Part shown: in pieces, positions 27,540 to 32,000 of the stretch
Position numbering within the stretch: the first letter of the stretch is position 1
Layout of the letters: every line of letters begins with the position of its first letter
NCBI RefSeq assembly: GCF_008000775.2
Contig: NZ_CP042905.2
Span: 3,150,001-3,182,000 of the forward strand
DNA length: 32,000 bases
Source of the DNA: Promethearchaeum syntrophicum
GTDB lineage: Archaea > Asgardarchaeota > Lokiarchaeia > Sigyniarchaeales > Promethearchaeaceae
Reading direction: 5' to 3'
Translations under genes and position numbers: made by a program
Notes under the pieces: model-generated
The model's database searches: none
What the model saw: the letters and a program-made list of their open reading frames with translations, nothing else
What the model was told of the DNA's origin: nothing

Positions 27540-30239
27540 TCACCTCGCAATTCCAAATTCGGCATCATCTTTTTTAGCGCGTAAAATTTCTGCCGAAAAT
27601 TTTTCCTCAATGATTTCAATTAATTTAGTTGAATTATCAAAAATTTCGCTTCTACTCCATTCTTGAAACCGCTTAAGCCGATTTTCATAGACCACATAAC
27701 TTTTTCCAGGGGAACTCACCATAACACCTGAATTAAAACTATTATAAATTCGATATGCAATATTTTCTAAACTTTGGTAATATTTCCATAAAATGGCGAT
27801 AATTGGTCGACTTTCTTCTTGGTATATATCATCTCCAATAATATTAATTAATATAAGAGGGATTTCTTGCTCATTCAATTGGCATAATTCGAAAATTTGT
27901 TCTTGTGATAAAATTAAGAGAAATTTGAGATCTAATTTGTATTCCAAAAAATTTGCCATCAGATACTCATCTCGTTTTTCTTCAAAGAGATCATGAATTT
28001 TTTTAATTGTATCTTGTGGGTTCAATTTATAACATTCGCGATAAAAGGGGGAGAGTCCAATCCGTTTAAAATCCGAGGGAAAATTGGAATGATATATATT
28101 ATTTCCTATCGCACTCAAAAATTTTGGAATATAAGTTGAATCTTGTCGCATGAAAAGACAGGTTAACTTAAACCAATCTTCAGAAAAGGATTTGTTAAAA
28201 GATTTTTGAGATAATTTGAAATCAATGAGCAATTTAAATAGATCTTCTTTGATAGAATCAAGTTTACTAGTATATTTTTTTAAATAATCATAAAGATGGA
28301 AAAAACCTGACGGAAATTCTCTCCATATATCAAGATCAGGATTATTTATGAAATAGAATGAAAATAATCGTTCAAAATATTCTGGAGATAGTGCTTGTTC
28401 ATTGAAATAATTTCCAAAATCTTTATAATCATTATAAGTAATCATTTCATTTTCTTTTAAAACCTCAAGATGTTTTATCCCCCATTCATTTAAGGGATAA
28501 GAAGCCCTTATCAATTTAAGGTTATTTGGTTTAAAATTTTCTGGAGTAAAAAAAGAATCTAACAGGGATTGCCATTGAGGTTTACTCTCTCTTTTCATAT
28601 TATTAAAAAACCCAAATAAAAAGTCATATGGAAAATCAGAAGTTTTAGGTTCATATTGCTTAATAATTTCTACTTCCCATGGATTGAAATCATCAGTAAT
28701 TTCAAGTTGGTTTGCCATCTGCTCTCCTATTAAGGATATAAAGTCATGTTTTATCTTGATGAGAAAAGAGACTTTATTTGATATACTATCTTCGAATAAG
28801 AGAATTTGATTTGCGAAATCCGTGGCCAAAGGCTGTTTTTCTTCTCTTTTATATAAATAATACGGTTTTTGAATCTCCTTTTTGATTAAATCATATATAT
28901 TGTAAACTGCTTCAAAGAGTTGAATGAATGATTCAATTTCTGTTTTATAAGGTGATTCATTTTTTTTAATATAATTGCGCAAAAATTGAAGGAGTTTAAA
29001 TTTACGGGAGGGATTTTTTTTCAGATCTCCTTTCCATAATGTGGTGAGAGTAATCCAACCTGGTTCTAAGCAAATTATCTTCCAAAATTTATCAAGGGTT
29101 ATGAAAAATATTTTTTCTTCCAATTCGTGGTAATAAGTTTTAATTAATTCAAGACCAAATAATTCATATTCTTCATCTCTTCGTTTCTCTTTCTGTTCTT
29201 TAGTTAAATTTCCTTCATTTAATAAATAAATTTTGACGTGATCTCCATAAGAAACGGAATCTTCTGCTTGAGTACGAAATATATTGTTGATAATCGAGGG
29301 TATATAAGTCTTGATTCGCTTTTCTTCCGTTTTCAATTTATGTATTAAATATTCTTTCCGTTGTTTCAATGAGATATTAAAGCGGGGAATATTTTTGCAG
29401 AAATAATAGGAGAATAATCCTGTAGCATTATTTATATAATTTTCATTTTCTGCCTCACTCAGAAGTAGAATGATATCCATTGTTTTTTCAAATAAGCTTG
29501 GATTTTTTATGGTGAGTTTAAAAATACTCCGAAAATTACTGCGGTTTGTTAGATTTTTTAGGGGAAACTCCTTTAATTGATTTTTATCTTCAAATAATTT
29601 CTGAATATGAATAATGCAAGTTGAATTTATGATGGTACTTAATCGAAAAAGTAATTCCGAATTTATTGGCTCGTTAAGCGATTTCAAAGAATTCAATTCT
29701 GGTAAATTGAGAGTCTTAGCGGAAATTTCTTTAATTTTTAATATTTTTTTCTTATCATTTTGAATAAAGGCTGTTATTTTAGGAATATACAGCATTTTAA
29801 AAAAAGAATTAAGAAATTCAAGATTCTGAAGGAAAATGAGTTCCTGAGCAAAATCGGAGATTAGATCAAAATTAGTAAATAAAATTTCTGCTTGTAAGTA
29901 TTCATCTTTTATTTTAATATATCTACCTTTTTCTTCAAGTATTTCTTCATGGATTAAAATTTCTACGATTTTTTGAAGTTTATCAAGTTCAATCACAACT
30001 TCATTTGCTTTTTCAAATTGTATATCTTTCTTATCAAAGATATGAAATAATTTTGGAAAATCTTGGCGATTTTGTTCAAATGGATATTGGAATCCTTTAT
30101 CTATTCCTATTTTATAATAACCTTGATCCCAACCAATTTCGGAAAAAAAGGCTAAGGTTGTTAAAAATTGTATGATTAAATCTGAATCGACTAAATTTTG
30201 TTGAGCAATCTCTTGTATTTTTTCTAAATAATCATCCAT
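27540..30239 (-). CDS. Large predicted alpha-helical protein, unknown family, operon partner of the Shedu-like nuclease
   Basis: 899 aa; 4 nt upstream of the nuclease gene on the same strand; no Walker A or other catalytic motif found by eye. Confidence 0.75.
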   Translation of the reverse strand: MDDYLEKIQEIAQQNLVDSDLIIQFLTTLAFFSEIGWDQGYYKIGIDKGFQYPFEQNRQDFPKLFHIFDKKDIQFEKANEVVIELDKLQKIVEILIHEEILEEKGRYIKIKDEYLQAEILFTNFDLISDFAQELIFLQNLEFLNSFFKMLYIPKITAFIQNDKKKILKIKEISAKTLNLPELNSLKSLNEPINSELLFRLSTIINSTCIIHIQKLFEDKNQLKEFPLKNLTNRSNFRSIFKLTIKNPSLFEKTMDIILLLSEAENENYINNATGLFSYYFCKNIPRFNISLKQRKEYLIHKLKTEEKRIKTYIPSIINNIFRTQAEDSVSYGDHVKIYLLNEGNLTKEQKEKRRDEEYELFGLELIKTYYHELEEKIFFITLDKFWKIICLEPGWITLTTLWKGDLKKNPSRKFKLLQFLRNYIKKNESPYKTEIESFIQLFEAVYNIYDLIKKEIQKPYYLYKREEKQPLATDFANQILLFEDSISNKVSFLIKIKHDFISLIGEQMANQLEITDDFNPWEVEIIKQYEPKTSDFPYDFLFGFFNNMKRESKPQWQSLLDSFFTPENFKPNNLKLIRASYPLNEWGIKHLEVLKENEMITYNDYKDFGNYFNEQALSPEYFERLFSFYFINNPDLDIWREFPSGFFHLYDYLKKYTSKLDSIKEDLFKLLIDFKLSQKSFNKSFSEDWFKLTCLFMRQDSTYIPKFLSAIGNNIYHSNFPSDFKRIGLSPFYRECYKLNPQDTIKKIHDLFEEKRDEYLMANFLEYKLDLKFLLILSQEQIFELCQLNEQEIPLILINIIGDDIYQEESRPIIAILWKYYQSLENIAYRIYNSFNSGVMVSSPGKSYVVYENRLKRFQEWSRSEIFDNSTKLIEIIEEKFSAEILRAKKDDAEFGIAR

Positions 30240-30576
30240 GTAAAATCCTCAAAGTGAGAAAAATACCGACTAAATGAAAAAAGTCGTATTTTGTTTTACT
30301 TGAATAATAATGGCTTTTATCCCTTAATAAAATTTTAGACCGTATTATTATTGCTTGATCCCTCCCTTTTTTATCTTGTGATATATATTTTCTTCGTTTA
30401 CAATTGAATGGTTTTGTTTCTTTTTATTTTGGCATATTTTTCATTTTTCTTCAATTTTTAAAATATATCACCATAAATAATAGCAGAAGGTTGTAAGAAA
30501 AATTCTTTTTTTATCTCATATCCCTTTTTGATTGCTGAATTTAAGAAAAAATTATTTCTCCTTTATTAAAATCACA

Positions 30577-30585
30577 TATATATAA
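30577..30585 (+). promoter_or_regulatory. Candidate TATA box for the TIGR02391-like gene (possibly leaderless)
   Basis: TATATATAA centred about 24 nt upstream of ATG 30605, typical archaeal TATA-to-TSS spacing. Confidence 0.45.
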
Positions 30586-30604
30586 TTACAAATTAAGTAA
30601 AAAC

Positions 30605-31675
30605 ATGAGAAAAAAAAATGAATATATGAAATTACAGAAATCTTTCAAAAATAAGAAATTATTTATCATCCAATTTTCAACCACTGATATTTTTCAAAAA
30701 CCGTCTATAGCAACACACTTTTTTGCATTAGATTATTTTAAAGACACTGAAGTTTCAATCGAATATACCTCAAATAATTTCTTTTATCAAATTGAAAAGT
30801 TCTTTAAGAAACATAAAAAATATCACTTCGCTTTCTGGAATTATAATCATATTTATAAGATTTCATTGCTAATCCCTGGAATTTCCCTTACGGAAAAAAA
30901 GGTAATAGAAAGAAACATTATTGATCTAGACGATGCGTTTGAGTTTTTTTCTGAAGAAAAGAAAACTCGATACTTAAAACGCCAGAATCAAAGTATCGAT
31001 AAAAGATATTATTTTAGTCTTTTGAATGGATATAATATTGATGAATCTTTTTGGAAAACTGGTATTGTCGAAAAGGATTTGCGGGATGCAATAATTTTGA
31101 GTAATTCTTGTAGATTAAAATGCAAAGTAATGAGCTTTTTAATAACCAAAATGAAGGATGGAAGAGTAAAATTTGATCATAATGAAGAATTCATGAGAAA
31201 AACAATAAAATTCATGGAATTGCAGAAAATTTCATCTGATCAGAGTACAAATACAATTAATTTTTACAACAACATATGGAATCTAATAAATAGAGATATT
31301 AGAATTAAATGCCAGACAAAATTTCATGATGGATATTTCGCGGATTCAGTGGAAGCAGCATTCAAAGAAATAAATACGAGAGTAAAAACATATTATCATG
31401 ATTTAAAAGGAGAATGGGGTGATGGGGCTTCCTTAATGCGGAATGCATTTTCAGGCATAGATCCTGTTATATCTTGGTTAGATCAAAAGGACCCATCATC
31501 ATCCAATATCCAAAAAGGGTTTGAACATATTTTTGCAGGAGCAATGATAGGAATTCGAAATCCTAAAGCCCATGCAAATTTGATCATCACTAAGGATCGA
31601 GCAATTCATTTTTTGTTTCTTGCTAGTTTACTTATGGATAAAATAGATGAGGCTAATATTAAAACCACCTCTTGA
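30605..31675 (+). CDS. TIGR02391/Ymh-like protein with HEPN-type RX4H motif and unrecognised N-terminal region of about 230 aa
   Basis: 356 aa; C-terminal LMRNAFSG...GFEHIFAGAMIGIRNPKAHANLIITKDRAIHFLFLASLLMDKIDEA is characteristic of TIGR02391; RNPKAH fits RX4H. Confidence 0.72.
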   Translation: MRKKNEYMKLQKSFKNKKLFIIQFSTTDIFQKPSIATHFFALDYFKDTEVSIEYTSNNFFYQIEKFFKKHKKYHFAFWNYNHIYKISLLIPGISLTEKKVIERNIIDLDDAFEFFSEEKKTRYLKRQNQSIDKRYYFSLLNGYNIDESFWKTGIVEKDLRDAIILSNSCRLKCKVMSFLITKMKDGRVKFDHNEEFMRKTIKFMELQKISSDQSTNTINFYNNIWNLINRDIRIKCQTKFHDGYFADSVEAAFKEINTRVKTYYHDLKGEWGDGASLMRNAFSGIDPVISWLDQKDPSSSNIQKGFEHIFAGAMIGIRNPKAHANLIITKDRAIHFLFLASLLMDKIDEANIKTTS

Positions 31676-31746
31676 ATTTCTCTTTGAATAATAAATAATT
31701 AGAATCGTATGAATTTCATCGAATTTTTACCAATGATGATTAAAAA

Positions 31747-32000
31747 TCAAGTTTTTATTGTTTGAAATAATATTTGGTATAATCCGGAAATTTGTGAAAT
31801 AATTACACTCACAATTAATATTTCATCAGAAATTTCTTCTATATTTCCCAATTTTCCTTGAATTTGCTTTTGATTATTAATATCAATTAATAACCTCTGA
31901 TTTTCATGAATTATGATATTGGAATGGGCAAGTGCATGACGTATTTTTGCATAGATTTCCATTAATTGATTTTTTGTGGTCGGTACAATATCAAATTTAA
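31747..32000 (-). CDS. C-terminal part of a HEPN-like protein truncated by the window edge
   Basis: Frame is open to base 32000, adding KFDIVPTTKNQL before the tracked Met; contains YAKIRHALAHSN (RX4H). Confidence 0.5.
   Translation of the reverse strand, partial: KFDIVPTTKNQLMEIYAKIRHALAHSNIIIHENQRLLIDINNQKQIQGKLGNIEEISDEILIVSVIISQISGLYQILFQTIKT

Noticed and set aside
1-32000. CRISPR arrays, tRNA/rRNA genes, transposases
   Set aside because: None recognised by eye; no regularly spaced direct repeats, tRNA-like cloverleaf or transposase motifs seen. A tRNAscan-SE/Infernal run would be needed to exclude small RNAs.

Overview
AT-rich, gene-dense archaeal window. The eukaryote-like PPP phosphatase, GH38 mannosidase and long coiled-coil/zinc-ribbon protein suggest an Asgard/Lokiarchaeia-like genome, but that is inference only. 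From about 1 to 25 kb it mostly looks like ordinary metabolic and membrane genes: UPF0282 metallo-beta-lactamase-like protein, ZIP transporter, GH38 alpha-mannosidase, PPP-family phosphatase, IorA/IorB, CcdA plus a thioredoxin-like protein, alpha/beta hydrolases, an HGSNAT-like membrane protein, a MoaD-like plus BNR-repeat pair, a CrtI-like oxidoreductase, an ICMT/PEMT-like methyltransferase, a FilR1-type regulator and MntP. Two loci show gene decay after duplication. One is a triplicated alpha/beta hydrolase: an intact copy, a copy with an exact 8-nt deletion, and a short 3' remnant. The other is an mntP-like 5' remnant. The most interesting part is 26.2-32.0 kb, a candidate defence/conflict island. 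It holds a two-gene operon encoding an 899-aa alpha-helical protein of unknown family and a Shedu/DUF4263-like nuclease. Divergent from it is a TIGR02391/Ymh-like protein with a HEPN RX4H motif and an apparently novel N-terminal region. A second HEPN-like RX4H ORF runs off the window edge. All family calls are from motif recognition by eye; no database search was run.
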